From Leucoraja erinacea (Eukaryota), in contig NC_073389.1 of the NCBI RefSeq assembly GCF_028641065.1, positions 49,042,001 to 49,106,000 of the forward strand: 64,000 bases of DNA, written 5' to 3'. This document shows positions 52,744-64,000 of this stretch, in pieces. The position numbers and the translations under genes were made by a program. The notes beneath the pieces are model-generated. The model had not been told where the DNA came from, ran no database searches, and saw nothing but the letters and a program-made list of their open reading frames with translations. How positions within the stretch are numbered: the stretch's first letter is position 1; each line of letters opens with the position of its first letter.

Positions 52744-54014
52744 GTTGGTATTTGTCACATGTACCGAGTGTAAGCATCACTGCGCACAAGCACTTGGACA
52801 CATATTAGATAAGCATCTCAGATACAGTACAAGTGTGTAGCAATAGATGGACACTAAAAGCTGGAGTAACTCAGCAGGGCAGGCGGCATCTCTGGAGAGA
52901 AGGAGTGGGTGACGTTTGGGTCATTCTGAAGAAGGGTCTCGTCCGGTCCACGCGCTTGGCCTCTTGGAGCGGCGCCCAGTCCAGCTAGAGTGAGCAGGGG
53001 CGGAAATCCTGGGGCGGACGGGGAGGGACAATCCCCCATGTTTTGTAATCCGGACTTTATCAGACGCTTTCTAAGGGCTGAATTGGCCCGTTCGCTGGGC
53101 CTTTCATCGCCCGGCACGGCTTAAAATCAAACTGATGCGTCGAAGCGGTCAAGGCTCCCGATGTTGAAGCCGATGAAAGCCCTCGCGAACGGGCCGATTC
53201 AAGCTCCACGATTCGGGGCGGAAGAAGCTGCAGTTGCTGGAGTTCGGAGTCAGTCAGCAACCAGGTCAGTTTCCGATGTTACTGTCCACAGACCCCACGG
53301 CCAAAGCCGCACGTGTGCGCGCATGCTTGCATACGACCGCCAATAAATCGTGACCCCCCCCCCCTCCATGTTTTGATAGCGATTTCCGTGCTTGAGAGCG
53401 AGCGGGTGGTTCATGGCGTAGACTCGCTGGGCCGAAGAGTCTGTTTCCAAGCTGTTCTCTAAACTAAAAGAAGACTGAGCTAGGAGTAGGCTGCCAGTTA
53501 CGGGAATCTGGTATCAGATATGGGATCGCCATGGCTCGTATCGTGTTGCTGACTGCGTGGAACTAGGGTCTCCGATTGGGGATGTTGGTCTTGGACGTGG
53601 ATTTGCTCACCCTACCACTACACGGCTGTTCAAGTGAAGTCAAGTTTACAGTCAGATGCACAAGTGCGGGCAGGAGCAGGTACAATGAAAAATTGTCACA
53701 AGTTCACAGGTTACAGGAGTAGAATTAGGCCATTCGGCCCATCGAGTCTACTTCACCATACAATCATAGCTGATCTCTGCCTCCTAATCCCATTTTCCCT
53801 GCCTTCACACCATAATCTTTGACACCCGTTTTAATCAAGAATTTGTCCATCTCTGCCTTAAAAACATTCACTGACTTGGCCTCCACAGCCCTCTGTGGCA
53901 ATGAGTTCCACGGATTAACTACCCTCTGCCAAAATAAAGTACCTCCTTTCTAAAAGAGCGCCCTCTGAGGCTATGACCTCTGGCCCAAGACTCTCCCACC
54001 AGTGGAAACATCCT

Positions 54015-54815
54015 TTCAAAGGTATCAAAGGTATTTTATTGGTCACATTCACATGCACCTAGGTGTAGTGAAGTGAAATGCTTCTTGCCATTTTGCAGCA
54101 CATAAAGAAGGAATCCAGACATAACATTAATAAGAGTTTTAAACATAAAGAACATCCCCCCACAATGGTTCCCATTATGAGGGAAGGCACAAAGTCCAGT
54201 CCCCAACCCCAGTTCACCCATAGTCGGGCCTATTGAGGCCTCCACAGTTGCCTCTACGGAGGCCCGATGTTCCAGGCCGTTCTCGCCGGGTGATGTTGCT
54301 CCGGCGTCGGGAGAGTCCTCTCAGCGGCTTGGGAACCCTGGAACGGCCGCTTCCGTACTGGAGGCCGCGGCTTCGAAGCCAACAAGGCCGCGCCGGTTGG
54401 AGCTCCACAACTGGCGATCTCATCTAGAGATCCCAGGCTCCCGGTGTAAAGTTCAGCGCCGCCGCCCGCAGCTGGTCGCTCCACAGTCCCGCAGCTCCGC
54501 GATGTTTTCCTCAGCGATCTTCAGCTCACCGGAGCTCCAGCGCGGCGACCCGGGCAAGGCATCGCCCGCTCCGCGATAGCGCTCCAGCGCTGTGCCGCCG
54601 CCGAAGCGTTTCCTGTCGGGCGGTCCCCGACAGGAAACGCCGCTCCAGGCCCGCTGGTAGGCCGCGAGGACGGGTCGTAGCTGCAGCCCGGAGAAAAGCT
54701 GCCTCTCCGACCAGGTAGGGACCCTGAAAGGTAGTTTCCCCCTCCCCACATAAAAAAGTCTAGACCTCCAAACAAAACACTTAACTAACTAAAATAAAAA
54801 ATAAAAAGATGAAAA
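54015..54815 (-). mobile_element. GC-rich non-coding retroposon with short-repeat tail, nested in a CR1 fragment
   Basis: 3' end gccttcc..gatgt..catttca..tgaccaataaaa(tacctttga)2; CR1 sequence resumes on both sides. Confidence 0.6.
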
Positions 54816-56096
54816 GATGCCTTTCATTATTCTGTTAGTTTCAATGAGGTCCCCCCCACCCCTTCCCTCCACAAAACCTTCCAAACTCCAGAGGCCCAGT
54901 GATGTCAAGCGCACCACATATGCTAACCCACTCATTCCTGAGATCATTCTTGTAAACCTCCTCTGGACCCTCTCCAGAGCCAGCACGTCCTTCCTCAGTT
55001 ATCCTTGCTTGTAGCAGCATCACAGACAGGGTTGGGTGCAAAACAAATTAATGTTATCTAACCGAAAGATTGGATTTGTGTGTTGGGATTTGGTTTCAAT
55101 CCATTCTTCGTTGGCACTCAGCCTGGCTGTGGAGAGATAAGAGAGGTTAATCGAGTGCTTTCTACACAATGCCTTGAGACGTCAGCTTGTCACTGGGCGA
55201 AATGGATTTTATAATTAAATGTTCATCCCTCTGTCTGTCAGGCCGTTTTGTTTTGTACCCAGCTCTGCTTGTAATGCTGCGGCAAGCAGGATTTTTCCTT
55301 GTACCTGCAACTCACCACACTTGTGCATCTGACTTTAAACTTGACTTGAACAGTTCTGAGACTCTCGAAGCAATTGTTGCAAGCTGTCTCTTGTACCATT
55401 ATCCAAATGGGCTGATTAATTATGGATCCATCTCCAAAATCCTACAAGGCGCCACAGTGGCACAGTTTGTAGAGTCTTGTTTAGTCTTGTTTAGTCTAGT
55501 CTAGTCTAGTCTAGAGATATGGTGTGGAAACAAGCCTTTTGTCCCACCAAGTCTGCACCAACCAGCGATCCCTGCACACTAACACGACACACACTCGGGA
55601 TAATGTACAATGAATCCAAGCCAATTAACCTGTACGTCTTTGTAATGTGGGAGGAAACCAGAGATCCCTGGAGAAAACCCACGCTGGTCAAGGGAGAACG
55701 ATAAACTCCAGACAGACAGCACCCGTAGTCAGGATCGAACCAACGCCAAAGACCCGAGTTCGATCATGACTCTAGAATATCTTTAGAGCTATACAGATAC
55801 AGCCCGGAAACAGGCTCTTCGGCCCACTGTGTCCATGCCAGCCAGCAATCACCCCTACACTAACAATATCCAACACACAAGGGACAATTTACAATTTTTT
55901 TCCAGTAGGTATTTTTTAGGCGCAGATTTACAGATTCTTGATTAGTACGGTTGTCATGGGTGACGGGGAGAAGGCTGGAGAATAGGGTTGAGAGGGAAAG
56001 ATAGATCAGCCATGATTGAATGGCGGAGTAGACTTGATGGGCCAATTGGCCTAATTTTGCTCCTGTCACTTATCAACTTATGAATTTCTTGTTCAG

Positions 56097-56134
56097 GTAT
56101 TGGCAGAGGACTAATGACCACCAAAGCTCTCCAG
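56097..56134 (+). CDS. SETD4: SETD4 internal exon (38 nt)
   Basis: ttgttcag|...CAG|gttagt; GIGRGLMTTKALQ contains the SET-domain GRGL motif; phases fit the flanking exons. Confidence 0.88.
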
Positions 56135-56792
56135 GTTAGTGATTATTTCTTCTCCTCCTTCCCTCTCCTTTATTCTTCGAATGCCCTGGTCGGTTACTGT
56201 GATGATGGGCTGCTCAGTTTGATTGTCCTAATGGTTTGAAGTGTCCTCCCATTCCCACATGGACCTTTCTGTACTGATCCTCCTCTACTGTCAGGATCGA
56301 ACCGGAGTCTTTGGCACTGTCTGGCAGCAACTCTACCGCTGTGCCACCATGCTGGATTTGGCAGATGATATGGGAAAATAAATGTAGTGGTTTGCTTTTT
56401 TCTGCCACGGATTTAATCCAATGGTTTGAAGAAATATCAAGTGTGAGTAACTCAACCTAGGTTTTAGTTTTGGTGCATGGTCCTTGAGTAGAAACATAGA
56501 AACATAGAAATTAGGTGCAGGAGTAGGCCATTCGGCCCTTCGAGCCTGCACCGCCATTCAATATGATCATGGCTGATCATCCAACTCAGTATCCCGTACC
56601 TGCCTTCTCTCCATACCCTCTGATCCCCTTAGCCACAAGGGCCACATCTAACTCCCTCTTGCTTCTTTCCCTGCATACGGACTCCGCGCCGCCTCCAAAA
56701 AGTTTCCAACATCCTCTGTTTTTGTTTCGGACTTTCGGCATCTGCAGTTTATTTTAATGCTCCAACCTACTTTTTTTTCTGTTTCCGTTCAG

Positions 56793-56881
56793 CCTGGAGA
56801 ACTTATTATTGCTCTACCGGAGCAATGTCTGCTCACCACCACAACAGTCCTCGGGAGTTATTTGGGTGAATACATCGAGAG
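56793..56881 (+). CDS. SETD4: SETD4 internal exon (89 nt)
   Basis: ccgttcag|PGELIIALPEQCLLTTTTVLGSYLGEYIER|gtacgt; phase-compatible with neighbours. Confidence 0.9.
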
Positions 56882-57681
56882 GTACGTTGACCCTGGACGA
56901 GGCAGAACTTGTTCTCATAGAAACATAGAAACAAAGAAAATAGGTGCAGGAGTAGGCCGTTCGGCCCTTCGAGCCTGCACCGCCATTCAATATGATCATG
57001 GCTGATCATTCAACTCGGTATCCTGTACCTGCCTTCTCTCCATACCCCTTTAGCCACAATGGCCACATCTAACTCCCTCTTAAATATAGCCAATGAACAG
57101 GCCTCGACTACCTTCTGTGGCAGAGAATTCCAGAGATTCACCACTCTCTGTGTGAAAAATGTTTTTCTCATCTTGGTCCTAAAAGATTTCCCCTTATCCT
57201 TAAACTGTGACCCCTTGTTCTGGACTTTCCCAACATCGGGAACAATCTTCCTGCATTTAGCCTGTCCAACCCCTTAAGAATTTTGTAAGTTTCTATAAGA
57301 TCCCCCCTCAATCTTCTAAATTCTAGCGAGTACAAGCCGAGTCTATTGGAACCAACTTTGGACATTTTTGGAAGGAACTGCAGATGCTGGTTTAAACACA
57401 AAGATAGACACAAAAAGCTGGAGTAACTCAGCAGGACGGGCAGCATTCCCGGAGAGAAGGCTTGGGTGATGTTTCAGGTCGAGACCCGAAACGTCACCCA
57501 CGCCTTCTCTCCGTTGATGTAAGGTTTCCATGGAGACCGGCTGGCAAAATGCCTCTCCGCAAGGAGGAATGTACACCAGGTCTCGACCCGAAAGGTCCCC
57601 CATTCCTTCTCTCCATGATGCTGCCTGTCCCGCTGAGTCACTCCAGCTTTTTGTGTCTATCTTTGATTTGATCTTTTCCAG

Positions 57682-58111
57682 ATGGAAGCCCCGTTTGTCT
57701 CCACTCCAGGCCTTGTGTGCATTCCTCGTCGCCGAGAGACATTTTGGGCGCCGGTCTCCGTGGAAACCTTACATCGACGTCTTGCCAAATTCGTACACCT
57801 GCCCGGCTTATTTTGCAGAGGAATTAATAAGACTGCTTCCCAGCCCTTTGATGAAGAAGTTTCGGGAGAAAAGGAACACAGTACAAGGGCTCCACCTGGA
57901 CTCCGAGCGCTTCTTCAAATCTTTGCAGCCGTTGTTTTCTGAAAGCGTTGAGAATATTTTTACATACGATGCCTTGCGTTGGGCCTGGTGCAGTGTCAAC
58001 ACCAGGACTGTTTACATGGAGCACAAGAAGAGCGAGTTCTTATCCAGAGAGCCTGATGTCTACGCTTTAGCACCATATTTAGACCTGCTGAACCACTCAC
58101 CAGCTGCTCAG
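57682..58111 (+). CDS. SETD4: SETD4 large internal exon (430 nt)
   Basis: WKPRLSPLQALCAFLVAE...WKPYIDVLP...WAWCSVNTR...LAPYLDLLNHS (SET NHS motif); CAG|gtgaga donor. Confidence 0.93.
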
Positions 58112-60996
58112 GTGAGAAGGCAATCCAGTGCTTGTTTAGTTGTTTAGTTTCATGATACAGCGCGGAAACAGGCCCTTCGGCCCACGGAGTCCGCACCGAC
58201 CCAGCGATCCCCACACTACCCAACACACACACACACACACACACACACCAGGGCCAATTTACAATTGCACCGAGCCAATTAGCCTACAAACTGGTGCGTC
58301 TTTGGAGAGGAGTGGGTGGCAACCGAAGATCTCGGAGAAAACCCACACAGGTCATGGGGAGAACATATGAACACAGTACAGGTCATAAGGACAGATGCCA
58401 TAAATGATAGGAGCAGAATTAGGCCAGTCAGCCCATCATGGCTACTCCGCCATTGATTCATGGTTGATCTATCTCTCCCTCCTAACCCTATTAATAATAA
58501 TAATAATAATAATACAATTTATTTGCGGGCGCCTTTCAAAGTCTCAAGGACACCTTACAGAAATTAACAAGAGTAAAAAAACATATAATCGGAGTAAAAT
58601 AAATAATAAAGACATCACCAATACAAAAAATTAAAGACAGAATTCGATCCAAAGACACAAAATCAAAAACACAATGTGAAGAGAGAGCAGCGGCAGCTAA
58701 ACCGCGCCTGCGTACACTCTCCCTTCCGACAGCCATTCTCCTGCCTTCTCCCCATAACCCCTGACACACGTACTAATCAAGAATCTATCTACCTCTGCCT
58801 TAAAAATATCCATTGACTGGGCCTCTACAACCTTCTGTGGCAAAGAATTCCACAAATTCACCACCCTCTGATGAAAGAAATTCCTCCTTATCCCCTTCCT
58901 AAAGGAATGTCCTTTAATTCTGAGGCTATGAGGCACAGACAGGCACCTGTAGTCAGGATCGAACACCAGTCATTGGCACCGTAAGGCAGCAATTTTACCG
59001 CTGCGCCACCGTGTCTTGCCGCACGCTTAAAACGTTCTGAAGAAGGGTCCCGACTCAAAACGTCGCCTATCCATTCCCTCCACAGATGCTGCCTGTTCCG
59101 TTGCATTATCCCAGCACTTGGTGCTGTGCTTAAAATAGATTGTCACACATGGGGCTGAGCAAAGGTCCCTGGTGTATTAAATATTGATGACTGCTATTGA
59201 TAGCTTTCGAATTAAGATCAATGAAAAACACTTTAAAATTGATCTGTCTCTGTAACCTATGGCCCCTTTTATTATTCGGTTCCAGATTTGTGGTTTATAT
59301 TTTCTGCGCATGATACCATGTTAATCCCTCTCTAGTGTATCTGTACACGGTGGACGACTCGAATGTAATCATGTGTTGCCTTTCCACTGAAGATAGATGC
59401 AAAGTACTGGAGTAACTCGGCGGGATAGGCAGCATTTCTGGTGCGAAGGAAAGGGTGACCTTTTGGGTCGAGAGCCTTCTTCAGACTGTGAAAAGCTTTT
59501 ACAATTATACCAAGCCACTTAACCTACAAACTTGTCAGGTCAGGGGAAAGGGAAAACAGAGATAAAGATGGTGATATATAGAGAGAAATATAGAGCAAAG
59601 AAATTAGGGCATTTTGTGTATATCTACGGTGAACACCAGCTCACCTCAAAATCTGCAGTTCCTTCCGACACATTGTCTTTCCACTGATTGGTTAGCATGC
59701 AACAAAAGCTTTTCACTATACTTTGGTACACATAACGATAAACATAGAAACATAGAAAATAGGTGCAGGAGTAGGCCATTCGGCCCTTCGAGCCTGCACC
59801 GCCATACAATATGATCATGGCTGATCATCCAACTCAGTATCCCAATCCCTGCCTTCTCTCCATACCCCCTGATCCCTTAAGCCACAAGGGCCACACCTAA
59901 CTCCCTCTTAAATATAGCCAATGAACTGGCCTCAACTACCTTCTGTGGCAGAGAATTCCACAGATTCAAAGTAAACTAAACTAAACTTATGGGAATAGGC
60001 AACGTTTTGGGTCTTCGGTCTGAAGAAGGTTCTCGACTCGAAACGTCGCCTATTTCCTTCGCTCCATAGATGCTGCCTCACTGGCTGAGTTCCTCCAGCA
60101 ATTTTGTGTACCTTCGATTTTCCAGCAACTGCAGTTCCTTCTTAAACTAAACTTATATTCACTGTTGTGTGTGGCTTCCCCGAGTGGTGTCTAGGAGCGA
60201 AGTTCTTTGAGAGGGGATTTGGCAGTGGTGTATAAAATTGTCCCTTTCTCACATCTGTCCTGATGATGGGGCTTCCACCCCAGTGCCTTTTAAGATGCTG
60301 TGGCGCCATCTGGTGGCCGGGCCACTGGTTAACCGAACCCTCGTTCATCATGTGGTAAGAGACACGTGACTGTTAGATAGGAAGTCGAGGGTGTGTCCTG
60401 CTGCAGCGACATGCAGTAATTCTGGGCTCAGCAACACTGCTATTGTTTCGGAATTATTTTTGTTTAATAAAGCTTGTCCTTGAGTTCACAATGTGTGACT
60501 CGCTTTATTGTGCTTGAATTTTTAATTCATCTTTAGTCAGAGGGTGGTGAATCTGTGGATATCCTTGCCCCAGAACAGGCTGTGGAGGCCAAGTCAGTGG
60601 ATATTTTTTAAGGCAGAGAAAGATAGATTCTTGATTAGTACGGGTGTCAGGAGTTATGGGGAGAAGGCAGGAGAATGGGGTCAGGAGGGAGAGATAGATC
60701 AGCCATGATTGAATGGCAGAGTAGACTTGATGGGCGGAGTGGCCTAATTCTACTATCACTTATGACCTTATGACCTTAATTAATCATGGCTACAGGTTGT
60801 CATGGTTTTCCACTGGTTGTCAGTGCTCTCGACTCTGTTTTCTGTACATTGTTCTCACTTTCTTCTCTTCCCCAGGCGGATTGGTTTCCCGTAATCCTTG
60901 CCATCCAATGTCTGTGATATTTTACATTTCTCTGCACCCCAAACTGTTTACAGATCAGGTTTAACAAACTTGTGTCTTTATTTTTAATGCTTTAAG

Positions 60997-61171
60997 GTGT
61001 CCGCTGCCTTCAACCGGCAAAGCAGATGTTATGAGATCAGAACGTCCACCAGGTGCAGGAGACACGAGCAGGTTTTTATCTGCTATGGTGCTCACGATAA
61101 CCAGCGGCTCCTCTTGGAGTACGGGTTTGTGGCGACCACTAACCTCCACAGTGCGGTGTATGTTGACAAAG
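60997..61171 (+). CDS. SETD4: SETD4 internal exon (175 nt); no further exons recognised in the window
   Basis: tttaag|VSAAFN...EQVFICYGAHDNQRLLLEYGF...|gtgagg; SET C-terminal YG...LLEYGF motif. Confidence 0.92.
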
Positions 61172-61181
61172 GTGAGGCTCT

Positions 61182-62748
61182 TACTTAAGGAAGTAGCTCC
61201 TTAGTAGATACTTAAGGAAGTAGCTCCAGAAATAGTGGATGCATTAGTAATAATCTTTCAAAACTCTTTAGATTCTGGAGTAGTTCCTGAAGATTGGCGG
61301 GTAGCAAACGTAACCCCACTTTTTAAGAAGGGAGGGAGAGAGAAAATGGGGAATTACAGACCAGTTAGTCTAACATCGGTAGTAGGGAAACTGCTAGAGT
61401 CAGTTATTAAAGATGGGATAGCAGCACATTTGGAAAGTGGTGAAATCATTGGACAAAGTCAGCATGGATTTACGAAAGGTAAATCAAGTCTGATGAATCT
61501 TATAGAATTTTTCGAGGATGTAACTAGTAGCATGGATAGGGGAGAACCAGTGGATGTGGTGTATCTGGACTTCCAGAAGGCTTTCGACAAGGTCCCACAT
61601 AAGAGATTAGTATACAAACTTAAAGCACAAGGCATTGGGGGTTCAGTATTGATGTGGATAGAGAACTGCTGGCAAACAGGAAGCAAAGAGTAGGAGTAAA
61701 CGGGGCCTTTTCACAATGGCAGGCAGTGACTAGGGGGGTACCGCAAGGCTCAGTGCTGGGACCCCAGCTATTTACAATATATATTAATGATCTGGATGAG
61801 GGAATTGAAGGCAATATCTCCAAGTTTGCGGATGACACTAAGCTGGGGGGCAGTGTTAGCTGTGAGGAGGATGCTAGGAGACTGCAAGGTGACTTGGGTA
61901 GGCTGGGTGAGTGGGCAAATGTTTGGCAGATGCAGTATAATGTGGATAAATGTGAGGTTATCCATTTTGGTGGCAAAAACGGGAATGCAGACTATTATCT
62001 AAATGGTGGCCGATTGGGAAAGGGGGAGATGCAGCGAGACCTGGGTGTCATGGTACACCAGTCATTGAAGGTAGGCATGCAGGTGCAGCAGGTAGTAAAG
62101 AAAGCGAATGGTATGTTAGCTTTCATTGCAAAAGGATTTGAGTATAGGAGCAGGGAGGTTCAACTGCAGTTGTACAGGGTCTTGGTGAGACCACACCTGG
62201 AGTATTGCGTACAGTTTTGGTCTCCAAATCTGAGGAAGGACATTATTGCCATAGAAGGAGTGCAGAGACGGTTCACCAGACTGATTCCTGGGATGTCAGG
62301 ACTGTCTTATGAAGAAAGACTGGATAGACTTGGTTTATACTCTCTAGAATTTAGAAGATTGAGAGGGGATCTTATAGAAACTTACAAAATTCTTAAGGGG
62401 TTGGACAGGCTAGATGCAGGAAGATTGTTCCCGATGTTGGGGAAGTCCAGGACAAGGGGTCACAGCTTAAGGATAAGGGGGAAATCCTTTAAAACCGAGA
62501 TGAGAAGAACTTTTTTCACACAGAGAATGGTGAATCTATGGAACTCTCTGCCACAGAGGGTAGTTGAGGCCAGTTCATTGGCTATATTTAAGAGGGAGTT
62601 AGATCCTTGTGGCTAAGGGGATCAGGGGGTATGGAGAGAAGGCAGGTACGGGATACTGAGTTGGATGATCAGCCATGACATATTGAATGGCGGTGCAGGC
62701 TCGAAGGGCCGAATGGCCTACTCCTGACTAATTTCTATGTTTCTATGT
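61182..62748 (+). mobile_element. CR1-clade LINE, 5'-truncated, one frameshift near 61670, in a SETD4 intron
   Basis: Same RT motifs; nearly identical to the 35705-37400 copy; tail tttctatgtttctatg. Confidence 0.95.
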
Positions 62749-62768
62749 TTACACCTGAGCAGGGGCAA

Positions 62769-63080
62769 GGGGCGGAGCGATGGAGCTGCAGCCTCACGGA
62801 GCTTACAGCGCCAGAGACCCGGGTTTGACCCTGACGACGGGTGCTTGTCTGTACGGAGTTTGTACGTTCTCCCCACGACCTGCGCGGGTTTTCTCCGAAG
62901 ACTTCGGTTTCCTCCCGCACTCTAAAGATGTACGCGTTTGTAGGTTAATTGGCTGGGTATAAATGTGAATATTGTCGCTAGTGTGTGTAGGATTGTGTTA
63001 ATGTGCAGGGATCGCTGGTCAGTACGGACTCGGTGGGCCAAAGGGCCTGTTTCCTAGCTGTATCTCTAAATTAAACTAAA
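62769..63080 (+). mobile_element. HE1-like V-SINE (further copies near 6000, 9965, 13820, 20770, 21770, 24045, 33640, 47145, 55500, 58145, 63770)
   Basis: cagcgccagagacccggg head, ggagtttgtacgttctcccc V-domain, gggcctgtttcc..ctaaa tail. Confidence 0.8.
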
Positions 63081-64000
63081 CACGTCCCCCCCCTTTTCTA
63101 GAGATCCTCCCCTTTATTCAGACTCCCAACAAATAACTAAAGCAGAGAGGTTTGGAAAACTGCTCCATGTATAAACATTGAGCTCAAGTCAAAAGTCTGG
63201 ATATATTTAAGGCAGAGATGGATAGATTCTTGATTAGTACGGGTGTCGAGGGTTATGGGGAGAAGGCAGGAGAATGGGGTTGATAGGGAGAGATGGATCA
63301 GCCAATGGCAGAGTAGACTTGATGGGCCGAATAGCCTAATTCTGCTCTTATAACTTATGAACTTGTGATTGTTTCATTGTCATTGATACCAACAGGGTGG
63401 GAGATTGCAACCTTCACGTGGTCCACCCTGTTTCGATTAATGCAATTAACCCGACGTGCACAAACAAATAGAACAAGTTGACCTACAACTTTAGGCTGTG
63501 CACGCCATACGCATGAAGTAGAAGATTTATACCAATAATGGAACAATGCAATTCTTACTTGCAGCAGCATAACAGGCCTGTAAACATAATATTCATGGAA
63601 AGCATATAATAAAACAAAAAAAAAATTAAATAAATTAATAACCCTAACCCTAGTGCAAAAAAGCTCAAAGTCCTTCCTGTAATCGAAGACAGTCCATACT
63701 GTAGTTCAGCACTTCCTGTAGAGCTTGTGTTGGTGGGGAGGTCAGTACCCGTGATGGACCGAGTTTTGACTTTAGTTTAGCGATACTGCGCGGAAACAGG
63801 CCCTTCGACCCACCGAGCCCACACCGACCAGTGATCCCCACACACTAAAGCCATCCTACACGCACCAGGGTCAATTTTTACATTTTTACCAAGCCAATTA
63901 ACCGACAAACCTGTACGTCTTTGGAGTGCGGGAGGAAAAATAGAGATCTCGGAGAAAACCCATGGGGAGAACGTACAAACTCGGTACAGACAAGCACCCG

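Overview
Repeat-dense vertebrate genomic DNA, most likely from a cartilaginous fish (inferred from abundant HE1-type V-SINEs, CR1 LINEs and Penelope-derived repeats). It holds three tandem, intact, two-exon carbonyl reductase (CBR1-like) genes on the minus strand (22.9-26.6, 30.7-35.4 and 40.0-42.0 kb; 275 aa each). These are divergent from a plus-strand SETD4 gene, of which five internal coding exons are visible (52.6-61.2 kb); human has the same CBR1/SETD4 neighbourhood. Two CpG-rich promoter/first-exon-like regions lie at about 5.7 kb and 17.5 kb. The rest is CR1, Rex/Babar, Penelope, Gypsy, hAT, Helitron and MITE relics, one 137-N gap, and a garbled segment at about 49.2-51.5 kb. The most notable signal is a family of Penelope-derived short elements carrying minimal hammerhead-ribozyme motifs. 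Two fold-back copies sit at the equivalent position of two CR1-tail repeats with 13-16 bp target duplications, and one of them is in the predicted 3' UTR of only one CBR paralog. All coordinates and counts were read by eye; repeat boundaries are approximate.
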